Assembly (NCBI GenBank): GCA_951406725.2
Contig: OX597817.1
Coordinates: 40,982,001-41,046,000 of the forward strand
DNA length: 64,000 nucleotides
Source: Octopus vulgaris
Taxonomy: Eukaryota
Direction: 5' to 3'
Shown piece after piece: positions 26,820 to 39,655 of this stretch. A model generated the notes under the pieces. The model did not search any database, was not told the origin of the DNA, and was given only the letters and a program-made list of their open reading frames with translations. The first letter of the stretch is position 1. Each line of letters begins with the position of its first letter. Made by a program: the position numbers and the translations under genes.

Positions 26820-27901
26820 AGTATATTGTGTATACTTGTGTAAAAGTTGAATTTTTTAGACCATTTTTTAAGGTAAAATTTATGGGATTGACTATAGCAT
26901 GAGTATTACTTTTGTGGCGTTAGGAAGGGCATCCAGCCATAGAAACATTGCCAGATCAGACTGGGCCTGGTGCAGCCTTCTGGCTTCCCAGACCCCAGTT
27001 GAACCGTCCAACCCATGCTAGCATGGAAAGCGGATGCTAAACGATGATGTTGAGAACAGATATTCAAGCTAGAATCAGAAGTATTGTATCAGCAACACAA
27101 GCCCAACTGATCTCTATGCGAATAGAAACAAAAATAATGAATTATGGTAACATTACAAATTCCTAGTAAATAACAAAACCCATAAACAAGACCGCATAGC
27201 TCTTATAAATATTTACACTTTCTCTTTTAAAAAGAAGTTGCAGGATGCCATGTGCAGTGGTGTTTGCTGTTGTTTGCCGATAGTGCTGTCTGTAAAACAC
27301 TTTTCTCACCATGTAAAAAGATGGGCATATGATGTATGTGTTTATTGTATTTGGAGATGAGGAAAATGCAATGGTCGCATGGGAACCACTGATTTAGTGA
27401 TTAATTGAATGTTTTTAGGTTTACCAAAGTCATGCCTTTGTACGAATTCAGACAGTGGTGTTTGCCAACATTCACCAATAGTGCTGCCTGTGAAACACGT
27501 TTCTCACCACGTAAACAAGTGTATGACACGTGTGTTTATTCTGTTTGAAGATGTATGTAGTCTTGAACTATTTTCTCTACATGCATTTTAGTAATGGTGA
27601 TGTTGCACCCATCAACAGATGGCTATTAAATGGTGTTTTACTATAAGCACCGAGCATTCCATTATAAGCATCAAGTATTCCCCCATCAAGTACAGTAAGG
27701 CAGCCACACAATTTTGTAACAGTATTATTTCTACATACAGGTTTATATGGTACCATGACCCACAAATTAAGGTTAGGGTCCTGTTGTTCTTGAAATATTA
27801 GGGTCAACCTTTATACGGGGTCTATGGAAAATTCTCAATTTTTGGCCTAAAATAGGGTGTTGACTTTTATGAGATCGACTATTACTTGAATATATACAGT
27901 A
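26820..27901. mobile_element. pogo/Tigger-like non-autonomous element with a nested family-D retroposon (26915-27050)
   Basis: Right end reads TACTGTATATATTCAAGTAATAGTCGA on the - strand; left end is a degenerate match; there is an internal ~100-bp direct repeat. Confidence 0.5.
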
Positions 27902-28853
27902 CTTAACAGTATTTATTCCAACCTCTATACTCTGAGTTCAAATTCCTCAAAGATTAACCTCTTCCTTTTATCCTTATTGGAGGGGTGGAGAATTGATAAA
28001 CTATGGGAGCAGTGACACAATGGATTAGTGGAATTGTTAATATTCGTGTTTTTGGGTAGTCGACTTAATCCAGCACTTGATCCTAGGGTGCCTTTAGCAG
28101 AGTTAACTCTGCGGGCACTCAGGTCAAGTCCCAGTTGGAAGATAATTTTCTTGTCTCACTTTTGGGTGGGGCCTGAAAAAAATATAAAGGGTTATGGGCA
28201 TGACCCTTCCCTTCAGGCATAGCTGTGTAGTTAAGAAGCTCACTTTGCAGCCATGTGGTTTCAGGTTCAGTCCTACTGCATGGCACTTTGGGCAAATGTC
28301 ATCTGCTATAGCCTCAGTTTGATCAATGCATTGTTAGTCAATTTTGGTAGCCAGAAACTGGGGAGCCCATCATATGTAAATGTGTTTGTGTTTTTCATCC
28401 ACACTTTGGTCTGTTCATGTTCCTGTAACTTAGCGGTTTAGTATGAAAGACAGATAGAATTAGTTTCAGACTTCAGAAAAAAGAAAGTATTGGGGTAGAT
28501 TTGTTCAGCTAAACCCTTCAAGGCATGGTCACGGTTAAATTCCTAAAACGAGTTAAAAGATTACTAAGGTTAACATTGCTGCTCACTGTTTTGAGGGTTG
28601 AGGAAGTCCAAACTTTCAACCTTCTCTAATAACACCAATGTTTTCAAACCAATAAACAAGCACTACATTGTTTGACCTGTTAGAAATATGAACCATATCT
28701 CTCATAAATTGTATTATCTTAAAAAAAGGAAGGTATATTGGATAATATAGTTTTTAGAGAAAAATGGAATAGTTAAGGCTGGAACACTTTTGATCAAAGG
28801 TCTGTTTGAGCAGGGTTGACCTGGGGTTCAACAATACCAATGTGTTTCAATGA

Positions 28854-28983
28854 GTCTAGGACATTTGCCCCCCATGGACAGTAACCCTCCAAGGACAATT
28901 ACAGGTAGTTGTTGTCGGAGGGGAATTGTCCTATTGGGGTGGGGTTGGCGTAATTGTCCTCTGGGGATAATTGTCCCGATATG
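28854..28983. mobile_element. MULE-like MITE
   Basis: Inverted subterminal GGACA(A/T)T repeats, flanked by direct repeat GTTTCAATGA (28844-28853 and 28984-28993). Confidence 0.6.
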
Positions 28984-30848
28984 GTTTCAATGAACTAAAT
29001 GATTTATTGATCCTATTTTTTTCTCTCTTTCTTTTCTGTTCATACCCCTTGATTGCTAAAGGTTGCAGATTAATAACAGACGAAGAACTTTTAAGACCAA
29101 TAACTAATGTATATTACTGTGTGACTAATAGACTATAATAAGAATTTAGTTTTGAGTTTTGCCTTAAGTTGTCAATCCTTGGAAAATGTCACTTTATTGA
29201 AGTATAAAGCCTTGCATTTATGGAAAAAGGGATAGTGAAGGTTAACGATCACTGTGTCTTTCATAAAGGGGATTACTGACATATTTTCAGCTGGATATTG
29301 GAATCTGATCTTGTATTGGACTGTCAGTAATATAATTTTCTCCCCAGCAATTATGATAATATAAGAAATATTTACTTCATCACTGTCTCTCCTCTTCTCC
29401 TTCTCCCATATCTCCTACATGCTCTGGTTGCCATCAGAAGCTCTGAGTATTCAGTTGTACAGTTACCATAGTGACATGGGCAAATGGTGGTAAACAGAGA
29501 CACTTAATGAGATAATGATTGATGAGGATGATTATTTAAGAAATGGTTACACTTTACTGTCACTATGACAATGACGAATACCATCATCATCATCATTATC
29601 ATTGGTAACAACATCAACAACTGAATTATTTACTGCTGTGTGTGGATTTTTTTTTTCCACTAAGATACTGAACAGCGTAACCTTTTCTCCTTTTTAGTCT
29701 GAGATGAAGGGCAATGACCTTTTGCAATCTTCTTCAGACTGGTGAGATCGGTGCTGTTTGGGTCATGCTTGTATTGAAAACATTAGCTAATAAAAGAAGT
29801 GAGAAGAGAAAAAAGAAAAAGGACCAACTGCATGGTTGCTCAACCTACTAGAAATAGCAGCTAAGTTTTAAAAAAAATATGGACTCATTGGACAATGTCC
29901 TAGATGTACAAAAAAGATGGGATGGTCATAACAGGACTGCTTTCGATTATCAGTCTGCTCAATCAAGGCTAAGATGAAACTAAAGAATAATATGATAATA
30001 TGGACCAGAAGGGATTTCTTAAGGTTGCAAATTTGGGAAGAAAGGATTGAGCCAAATCTTCAGTGCATTTAGATGATGGATGGGAAAACAGTATGACTAT
30101 CAGGCAAGCTTCGACTCGGGTTGTTTTCAGCCTGCTAGTGGAACAGAAACACTGGGAAAACATTTTGCTCAAGAACACAGTACACTGTCATCATCATCAT
30201 CATCATTTAATGTCCGTTTTCCATGCTGGCATGATTTTGACGGTTTGACCAAAAGGTGCTAAGTTGGTGAGCTGCATCAGGTTCCAATCTCATTTGGCCT
30301 GGTTTTTACGGTTTGATGCCCTTCCTAATGCCAACCACTCCAAAAGTGTAGTGAGTGACATTTACATGACACCAGCATTGGCCACAGCTATAATCTCACT
30401 TGGCTTGACTGCCAAAGGTCTTGGTCACGTGTCACTGCCCAGGAATTGAAACCATAATCTTACAGCCATGAGTACAATACCCTAACCACAAGGCCACACA
30501 TCTTCACTAAATATGTAACAGTATGACATATTGGCTCTCCATGTTCTCAGTTTCAATCCTCTCATGCTGGCATTGACTCTCATCGTTCCATCTGGGAGGT
30601 GTTGAGGAAGTAGCAATTATTCAGTTCAGTTAACTATCCCCTTTCTACCTGATTCAACTAACTATCCCCTCCTCATTATTGGTAGCTTTGTACCAAATTA
30701 AAAATTCTTTATTCATGCTTTTGTGTTGTTGAGGTTGGATCTTCAGATTTCACCAATCATATTCCTTGTATTAACATCCATTAATTCTTTGATTTCCTGA
30801 GTTTCTGCCATTGCTTGATGAATAAGTGTCACTACCTTTAATTTAGAT

Positions 30849-31148
30849 CAATGGTTCTCAACCATTTCTTATTAGTGGACCCCTTTGATTACTATTTTAA
30901 TTCTGATGGGCCCCCATGGTCAGTCAGTGTTTAAAAACTAGTTTTGTAGACACTTCTTTCAAAATTCCTCTTTTGTTATTCACACATAGCCTTGTGTAGG
31001 CCAAACTATGTAAAACATCAGAGAAAGGAATATAGCTGTTTCTTGCAATAACTACATCTAAAACAAAATTTTATCATGGACCCAGTCTTCTATTTTGCTT
31101 ATGTGGACCCCTAAAATCTTATAAGGACCCCAAATGAAAACCACTAGT
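30849..31148. mobile_element. hAT/Charlie-like MITE
   Basis: Ends CAATGGTTCTCAACC ... GAAAACCACTA with internal GGACCCC repeats. A similar relic lies at about 37093-37275. Confidence 0.45.
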
Positions 31149-31494
31149 TTAGAAGTAAAGGTTCTTAGTTTGAATCCCATCCAGTATTGTGTGTACATCA
31201 AGGAATAAAACATCTGATGATGATTGTAGGTAAAAAATGTAGTGGAGATGTAAATAGTAAATGTTTCACCTGTCAAGCTGAGGTTAATAGTCCAAAAAAT
31301 TATAATCTTATTAACAATAAACAAGCATTTAGTTAATCTTCCTGTTAGGTTTGGTCATGCATATTGACAAGGTAACAAGATTTCTGTGCCTGTTTGAATA
31401 TAATAATATTGCTGGTGAGGTGCATCAATTGTTTCAATGAATTAACAGTTAAAGTATAAAAGAGTACTGCAATTTGTTTGAAGCATTGCAATGT

Positions 31495-31765
31495 CATCAT
31501 CATCATCATCATCATTTAACGTCCGTTTTCCATGCTAGCATGGGTTGGACGGTTCGACCGGGGATCTGGGAAGTCAGAAGGCTGCTCCAGGCTCCAGTCT
31601 GATCTGGCACTGTTTCTACAGCTAGATGCCCTTCCTAATGCCAACCACTCCAAGAGTGTAGTGGGTGCTTTTTGTGTGCCACCGGAACAGGGGCCAGGGG
31701 AGGCTGGCAACGGCCACGATTGGTTGGTGCTTTTTATGTGCCACCGGCACGGAAGCCAGTCAAGG
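31495..31765 (-). mobile_element. 3' end of the abundant (GAT)n-tailed retroposon (family D), fused to U6
   Basis: Ends ...CCAACCCATGCTAGCATGGAAAACGGACGTTAAATGATGATGAT; closely matches copies at 49316 and 46346. Confidence 0.85.
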
Positions 31766-31870
31766 AAAAATGTGGAACGCTTCACGAATTAGCATGTCAT
31801 CCTTGCACAGGGGCCATGCTAATCTTCTCTATCGTTCCAATTTTAGAATATGTACTGCCGTAGATAGTAC
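31766..31870 (-). pseudogene. U6: U6 snRNA processed pseudogene, near full length
   Basis: Reverse complement reads GTACTATCTACGGCAGTACATATTCTAAAATTGGAACGATAGAGAAGATTAGCATGGCCCCTGTGCAAGGATGACATGCTAATTCGTGAAGCGTTCCACATTTTT. The ACAGAGA box has a 2-nt deletion, and the copy is fused to a retroposon 3' end. Confidence 0.95.
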
Positions 31871-33440
31871 GATGTGTAAATATATTTTGAAGAAGATCTT
31901 TAGACAATAAATGAGAATAAAGACAAGACATTGTATTACCATATATAGGTTGCTTAATGTGTCTCAGGCACATGGTTCAGTGATTAGAGCATTTGGCTCT
32001 CAATCATGAGGTAGTGAGTTCAATTCCCAGATTGGGCTGTGTGTTGTATTCTTGAGCAAGACATTCTGTTTCAGTCCACTCAGCTGCAGGAAATGAGTTG
32101 CAGTGTCACTGGTGCCAAGCTGTGTCAGCCTTTGCCTTTCCCTTGGGTAACATTGGTGGTGTGGAGAGGGGAGGCTGGTATGCAAGGGAGACTGCTGGTC
32201 TTCCATAAACAACCTTGCCTGGACTTGTTCCTCGGAGGGTAACCTTCTAGGTGCAATCCCATGGTCATTCATAACTGAAGGGGCTCTTTTTAATGCTTCT
32301 TTTATATTGTGGGAAAGCATCATTATCATAATTTAATCCTTTAGCCATGAGATTATTCTTTCAAATGTAATGCTTATTTATTCACATTGTTTTGATTTAA
32401 TTGTGCATTATCTTGTAGCTTCAAGATTTTGACAATATTTATTTTTTAAATGTCATTGTAGGGTATGTGAAAGATGCCAAATTTGGCCATTTTGAGTATA
32501 AAACAGGTAGAATATTTGGGCCAGAGATTGCCAGTTTACATACTAAAGGGTTAATGTCCATGTTTCTTGCTAGCATGGGTTGGATGGTTTGACAAGGATC
32601 CAGTGTGTCCAAGGACTGCATCGTGTTCCAATGTCTGTTTTGGTATGGATGTTACCCTAGATGTCCTACCTCACACTAACCATTTTACAGCATGGACTGA
32701 ATGCGTTTTTGCATACCATCTGCACTATTGAGGTTGCTATGCAGCTTGCAGAACTACAAACCCTGGGGTAGGGGAATGAGGGAAAAAATGAACAGTAGGA
32801 GCTATAAGAGATAGATAATGGTGATAAGGTGCTTGGGTGGCCCCTCAAGGGGAGTTGAAGAATCAGTTTGTAAGATTGTTTAGGAAGGAGAATGAGGTGG
32901 TGGAGGTAGACTGCCAAAATTGGTAGGGTTGAAGGGTGCCAAGCAAGGAACCTTGAGTTGGTGAAGATAGAGGGATGCAAAGGAGTTGGGGTCAGGATGC
33001 AGCAAAAGCAGTAACAATGATATTGCAGTGAGTGGAAGGACAAGAAAGAGATGACCTGGTTAGGTCATCTGCAGGAGCTGGGGCTGGGGTGTTTAAATCA
33101 AATGTAAAATAGAAAAATCACCCAAGAGTTTGGAGAAAAAAGTATTATTATTATTTGCAGGCTGAAATATAATAGAAGTATTAAACAATCTATGTAGGAT
33201 GACACACTATCTTGTCTGTGCTTTTATTTATTGGCATCACCTTACATATTGTGTCTAACTTCTAACCTGCGTTACTTAAAGGTCAGCTTAGAAATATTTA
33301 TATCTGTTAAAATGTAACTACATTTGTATTCATCCACCACCAAGTCAGCATGAATATTCTTTTTAAAAATGTGCTATCAAATTAGTATTTCTGATTTTCG
33401 TTGTTATTGACTGTTTCCCTATTTTTTTACTCATTTTTAG

Positions 33441-33546
33441 ATAAATCATTCCTGCCAACAAGTTTAATCTACAACAGAAAAGTATCTTGTGGTAACATAA
33501 CTCCAGGTATATATACTTCCAGAACATGGACATGTTCAAACATTAG
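33441..33546 (+). CDS. Coding exon 2 (DKSFLPTSLIYNRKVSCGNITPGIYTSRTWTCSNIR)
   Basis: Pyrimidine tract plus TTTTTAG acceptor and donor AG|GTAAGT. Only one frame is open, phase 1 to phase 2, and it fits the next exon. Confidence 0.85.
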
Positions 33547-33591
33547 GTAAGTTGGTGTTCAGTCATTTGTTTTTAAAAAAAATTATTTTCT

Positions 33592-33752
33592 GGTGCAGTA
33601 GTGGCTGTGTGGTAAGAAGTTTGATTCCCAACCACAAGGTTCCAGGTTCAGTCCCACTCCGTGGCATCTTGGGCGAGCGTCTTCTACTATAGCCTTGTGC
33701 CGACCAAAGCCTTGTTAGTGAATTTGGTAGATGGAAACTGAAAGAAGCTCAT

Positions 33753-33793
<41 letters not shown>

Positions 33794-34020
33794 GTATATA
33801 TATACACACACACACATATATACATGTGTGTATGTATATATTTGTGTGTCTGTATTTATCCCCACCACCATCACTTGATAACCAATGTCAGTGTGTTTAC
33901 ATCCCCGTAACTTAGTGGTTTGGCAATAGAAACTGATAGAATAAGTCCTGGAGTCGATTTGTTTGACTAAAGGCGATGCTCCAGCATGGCCACAGTCAAA
34001 TGACTGAAAGAAGTAAAAGA
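33592..34020 (+). mobile_element. SINE family A, 45 nt downstream of exon 2
   Basis: Family head and tail. Confidence 0.8.
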
Positions 34021-34253
34021 AAAAGGAGTAGCTGCTGAATGAAGGATACAATTCAACAAACTGCATAAGCATCTTGGAAGTTCCTTATTCCTATGTCTCC
34101 TCTCTCTTTCTCTCTCTCTTTCTTTCATGATCATCATTAGTTAACGTCTGTTTTCCATGCTGGTATGGATTGGATGGTTTGACAGGAGTTGACCAGCTGG
34201 AGAGCAGCATCAGGTTCCAATTGTCTTATTTGTCATGGTTTCTATAGCTGGAT

Positions 34254-34517
34254 GTGGAGGCGCGTGGCTTAGTGGTTAGGGTGTCAGCACCATGATCGTA
34301 AGATTGTGGTTTTGATTCCTGGACCGGGCGATGCGTTGTGTTCTTGAGCAAAACACTTCATTTCATGTTGCTCCGGTCCACTCAGCTGGCAAAAATGAGT
34401 AACGCTGCGATGGACTGGCGTCCTGTCCAGCTGCGGAAAACATACGCCATAGAAACAGGGGAAACTAGGCCCATGAGCCTGGCTAGGCTTTAAAAGGGTG
34501 CATTTATTTATTTATTA
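34254..34517 (+). mobile_element. tRNA-derived SINE family C, young, inserted in a family-D element
   Basis: GGAGGCGCGTGGCTTAGTGGTTAGG..TTCGATTCC-like head, TTGTGTTCTTGAGCAAAACAC core, (TTTA)n tail and 13-bp TSD TCTATAGCTGGAT (34241-34253 and 34518-34530). Related copies near 22660(-), 31966, 36160(-), 40981, 52200(-) and 55888. Confidence 0.8.
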
Positions 34518-35477
34518 TCTATAGCTGGATCCCTTCCTAATGCCAACCATTTTACAGAGTGTACTGGATGCTTTTTACGTGGCACCAACACCAGTGCCTT
34601 TTACATGGCACCAGCATGGGTGCTTTCTACATGGCACCAGCATAGGTGATTTCTACATGGATGCTTGGCTTTCCAGAAAAAATTCTACCATATATAAAGC
34701 ATCTGCTTCAAGCCCTCCTGTTATATTTCTATTGAAATACACTGCTTTTATTTCAAATAATTTTGAAAATAATGAAAAATTTCATAAGATGACTGTCATT
34801 ATTAAACTGGTGTTTGGCGCCTAAATTAGCATGAAGCTTTGATGGGAAATCATATTAAAACAGGAAGTTTGTATCATAAAACTAAGAGTGGTCTCAGGTG
34901 GGTTGGTATCAAGAGGATTAAACAATATAAATTTTCAGATTATTAACTACATCTTTAGAGAATGTTGCTTCCACTATCATTTTACTAACCCATTACTGTT
35001 ACACTTAAGTGAACATATACATACACACTGATAATTTCTAAGTAGTGATAATTTGTAGCATGTGTATAAATATTAAAATATTTCTGCAGCACTTTTCTCA
35101 TCTCTGAATGAAATATCCATAATGCCACAGTAGAAGTTCACATACAAAATATATATTTTCTACATATATTATACAGACATGTATTTCAGCCAATGTTGCT
35201 CTTAAAAATATGCTAATTTCCTACACATATCATCATCATCATCATCATTTAAAGTCCGTTGTCCATGCTGGCATGGATTGGACAGTTTGACCAGGGCTGG
35301 AAGGCTGCACCAGACTCTTGTTTGGTTTGACATGGTTTTCTACAGCTGGATGCTCTTCCAAATGCCAACCACTCCAAGTGTGTAATGGGTGCTTTTATTT
35401 GCCATTTGCATGACACCGGTCTCTGCCACAACTGTGATTTTGCTTGGCTTGATGACATAATAATGAAGATTTTAGTC

Positions 35478-35792
35478 ATTGCTTCTACGAAGCCCAACAC
35501 TTGAAAGGAACTCAGCCACTTAGCTTCCGTGAAGCCCCACATTCGAAAGGAACTCAGCCACTTAGCCTCCTTGAGGCCCAACACTCGAAAGGACCTCAGC
35601 CACTTAGCCTCTGTGAAGCCTAATGTTCGAAAGGAACTCAGCCACTTAGCCTCTGTGAAGCCTAATGTTCGAAAGGAACTCAGCCACTTAGCCTCTGTGA
35701 GGCCCAGTGCTCGAAAGGAACTCAGCCACTTAGCCTCCGTGAGGCCCAACGCTCAAAAGGATCTCAGCTACTTTGCCTTCGTGAGGTCCAAT
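35478..35792. repeat. 42-bp minisatellite, about 7.5 copies, inside a family-D element
   Basis: Unit GAAAGGAACTCAGCCACTTAGCCTCTGTGAAGCCTAATGTTC; GAAAGG recurs at 35629 and 35671. Confidence 0.9.
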
Positions 35793-38700
35793 ACAATATG
35801 TAAATATTTATAATTTCTAGTATACATTATAGTATATACATCTAAACTACATTTCAATCAGTTTCATTTGGTATCTTATTGTGTACATAGTTTTTCGCTG
35901 TATTTGAGCAAGGAATTTCAGCATATTTTAGACATTTTTTTAAGGCTCATTTTCTGGAGACAAATATAAATTATTTCAAAACTTGATTAGAGGTTTAATC
36001 TATCAATAATATATTATCATGAAATGAAAGTTATGGTTCATAGTATTAAAGCTTTGTATGTCACCAGAGAAATTTTAGCATTGAAGCATAGAAAGAACTG
36101 TAACCTAGATTTTAAAATTATTTAAACAATGATTCTTTTACTTTGAGTCTAAAGTAAAAAGACCCCTTTCGGTCAAGAATGACCATAGAATTGCACTTAG
36201 AAAGTTCCCCACCAAGGTACAAATCTGAGAAAGGTTGTTTATGGAAGACCAGCAGTTTCCTATGCATACCAGCTTCCCTTCTTCACGCCAGTTATCTAAG
36301 GGAATGGCTTGGCACTAGTGACATCGAAACTCGTTGCTACAGCTGAGTGAACTAGAGCAATGTGAAATAAAGTATCTTGCTTAAGAACACAACACACAGC
36401 CTGGTCTGGGAATCGAACTCATGATTGTGAGCTTGATGCTCTAACCACTGAGCCATGTGCCTTCACAAATTTTGAGTCTAATTCTCAAGGAATGGCTTTG
36501 CAGTTACATGGCTTTGAATTCAGTTGTGTTGCACGATACTTTAGTTGTGCAGCTTCTGTGATACCATTCAGTGGACCAAAACTTTGTGAGTGAAATTAGG
36601 TTATCATATGTGCAGGTGGCATGTAAAAAACACCATTTGAGCGTGGCCATTGCCAGTACCACCTAACTGGTCCTTGTGCCGGTGGCACGTAAAAAGCACC
36701 CACTACACTCTGGGAGTGGTTGGCATTTGGAAAGGCATCCAGCTGTAGAAACTCTGCCATATTAGATTAGAGCCTGGTGCAGCCATCTGGTTAGCCAATC
36801 CTCAGTCAAGTCGTCCAACCCATGTTAGCATGGAAAGCAGACGTTAAATGATGATGATGATATGGAAACCTGTTAGAGGAACCATTCTTATCCTTAGGTG
36901 ATAGACTTAATCTGTTAACTGGCCCTTGGATGCTTTTTGTTGGTGCCATTCTGCTGCAAGCATTTGGTCCAAACCTCTCTGGCTTGACAATAACTTCCTC
37001 TCTCTAGTTACAGAGGCTCTCAACAAGATCATTGGCATTGCTCTTCTTCCCATCTTAACCACTGCAAAAGTCTTACTTTGTATGTCTCTAGGACAGTGCT
37101 CCACAACCGGTATTCCACGGCACACTGGTGTGCCATGAGACAATGCTAGGCATGCCACAGTGTAACCTGAATATAATTTTTTTTCCCTATAGTTTTAGTT
37201 ATATTTTTAGTTCAGGGGTGCTGCAAGATTTTGAAAAGGATATAAGTGTACCACAAGTGAAAAAAGGCTGCTCCAGAAGAACTTTTCTTTGATGATATTG
37301 GTTTAATATATAATACTTGAGTCATTGAGGCCCAGAAACTTGTTTTAACTCTTTTGGTAAAAACCCATCTGACACCAATATTGGCTCTAAAATACAAAAT
37401 CTCATTTTTTTGTGAAAACCTTTTGATAGCCCACATGCCTAAGGCTATCCCTGATTCTATGATACAAACCTTCCTAAGTGATCTAAAAACCTTCTATTGA
37501 AATTTCATGTTGATTTATGTTCCAAATACTAGTTTAACAATGACAAAAATTATTTCACTAAATTTTTCGTTATTTCCAAAATTAATTGGAACAAAAGAAA
37601 TATGGTAATAAAGGGGTGAATAATGTTCAAAGCCAATTAAAACTTGATTATTTTATAAACCTCTCGGAATTCTTGGTTTATTAAAAAATTAATTGAAGTA
37701 TAATATAGTTCATTGAAATTATGGCTACTAAAGGATTAATAGGCATAATAACCCACCTCCACCCCCACCCTGCTTCTCTCTCTCTCTCTCTCTTCCCTCC
37801 CTCCCTGTTCGCCTTCTCAAGCATTAACAACTTTGATCTAGTAGAACTTCAACAACAGTCATTGTTTAAGCCCCAGGTCACCTGTGATCTAGCAAATCCA
37901 GAGTGGCAGTTTAAGTTCGCCTTTTGTAGTTAGGTTTTTCATTGTTTGCAAATACGCATGTTGCTAAATCAGTATTCACAGCTTTGCAAAATGTGAATAC
38001 CTCCTTTGTCTCAAGAAACTTTCAAAGATCAAGGCTTACCTTTGGATTTATGACAATAAGTCAGATGAAAGACAAATCTTTATTTTGGACATTCACATAT
38101 TATCTTGGTGCTTGTTTTCAATAAGTAATTGGGGGCACATATGCAATAGTATTTAACTTATCATTCTTTACATCTATTTATTAAAGCTACCGTGAGTGTC
38201 ATGGTATTTATTTCGTTTTACAGTTAGGTGCCCTTGCTACCTGTTATAATTCAAGCTAATTATTAAGTTTTTACCTATTTCTTTGAACTGCTAGAAAACA
38301 CAACCAAATTTCCTAATAACCCCCTAATAATCTACCATCTACTCACATAGACACACATACACTCATTGCAAAGGAAGGTAGAGTTTCCAAAACAACTTAG
38401 GAATGGTTTTGTTGAAAAAGTTGCTACAATGAAGTGGTGAATGTAGAAGACTGCTTCAAGGATCCTAACTATGACTCTAGCTTCGCCATTCATTAGAATC
38501 TAAGTCGAAATTCAAAGTAATGGTGTACTAAGACAGTTAAGAGGCACTGATATAATACTTATCACTTTCACTGCATTTTTGTCTTACTTGATTTGGACTC
38601 TTCACTACAGCCTAATGAAATGCTTGTTAATTTTATAGTGTACTTACAAGGGTGATTTGTTTTCTATCCCATAGTACTATTTTCAGCAAGGTGAACCATA

Positions 38701-39655
38701 TTTAAAACTTCAAGGCCTTTAGCCAGGGAGAGGATGTGGTATCCTGGTGACTAACAGAACATGAACTACTGACCTATGGATAGTTGTCCAGTGTCTTTAA
38801 CTTGGACATTCACAAGTTGGAGCAAACAGAGTTATGTGCCTTGTTTAGTGATACAATGCAATGGCTTGATTTTAATTCTGACCATATGGACTAAACTTGC
38901 AATAATTTTTGTCTAAATATGCAACAAGATGTCTATTGTTTATTCAAACCCAAGTTCTTTGAGTTGATAATCCAGCATCATGGCTAGCTGTTCAGCCTTT
39001 TTTCTTTTTTTTTTTTTTTAATTTTCTACACATCCTGCTCTAGTTTATCAACAACTTTTCCTTCAGTTTTTGATTTGGTTATAAAATAAAATATATTTTA
39101 TTTAATATAGTTTCTTACTATCTGAATGTGGCTGATGCCAGTACTGTCTGACTGGCTCTCGTGCTGGTGGCACATAAAAAGCACCCACTACACTCTCGGA
39201 GTGCTTGGCTTTAGGAAGGGCATCCAGCTGTAGAAACATTGCCAGATCAGATTAGAGCCTGGTGCGGCCTCCTTGCTTGCCAGTCCCCACTCAAACTGTC
39301 CAGTCCATGCCAGCATGGAAAACGATAATGATGATAATAATGGTGATGATTTATTTATTTTGTGAGAGGAATATGGGATCTTTCTGCTTTGCAGTTCTGA
39401 GATGAAATTGAAATTTAAATGATTTATATTGCTGAAAACCTACCATATTTGATGGCATATAAGATGCACCTTTAAAAAAATAAAAGTTTAAAAAATCCCC
39501 CCTCCCCAGGTTCTATATGTGATGTTGGGCCTCCTATAAGATTGATTGTATATTTTTCCCAAGCATACAAACCACTGGTGCTACATAAAAAGAACCTGTG
39601 TCAATGCCACATTTAGAGTACCCATGCTGGTGCCATGTAAAGAGCACCTAGTACA

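Noticed and set aside
31766-31870. Functional U6 gene
   Set aside because: The essential ACAGAGA box is disrupted, there are other substitutions, and it is fused to a retroposon.
35249-35813. Repetitive 14-aa ORFs, or a CRISPR-like array
   Set aside because: This is a tandem minisatellite without unique spacers, inside a retroposon in eukaryotic DNA.
38466-38478. TAACTATGACTCT match to the 28S rDNA R2/I-PpoI site
   Set aside because: Only 13 nt with no flanking rDNA similarity; compatible with chance.
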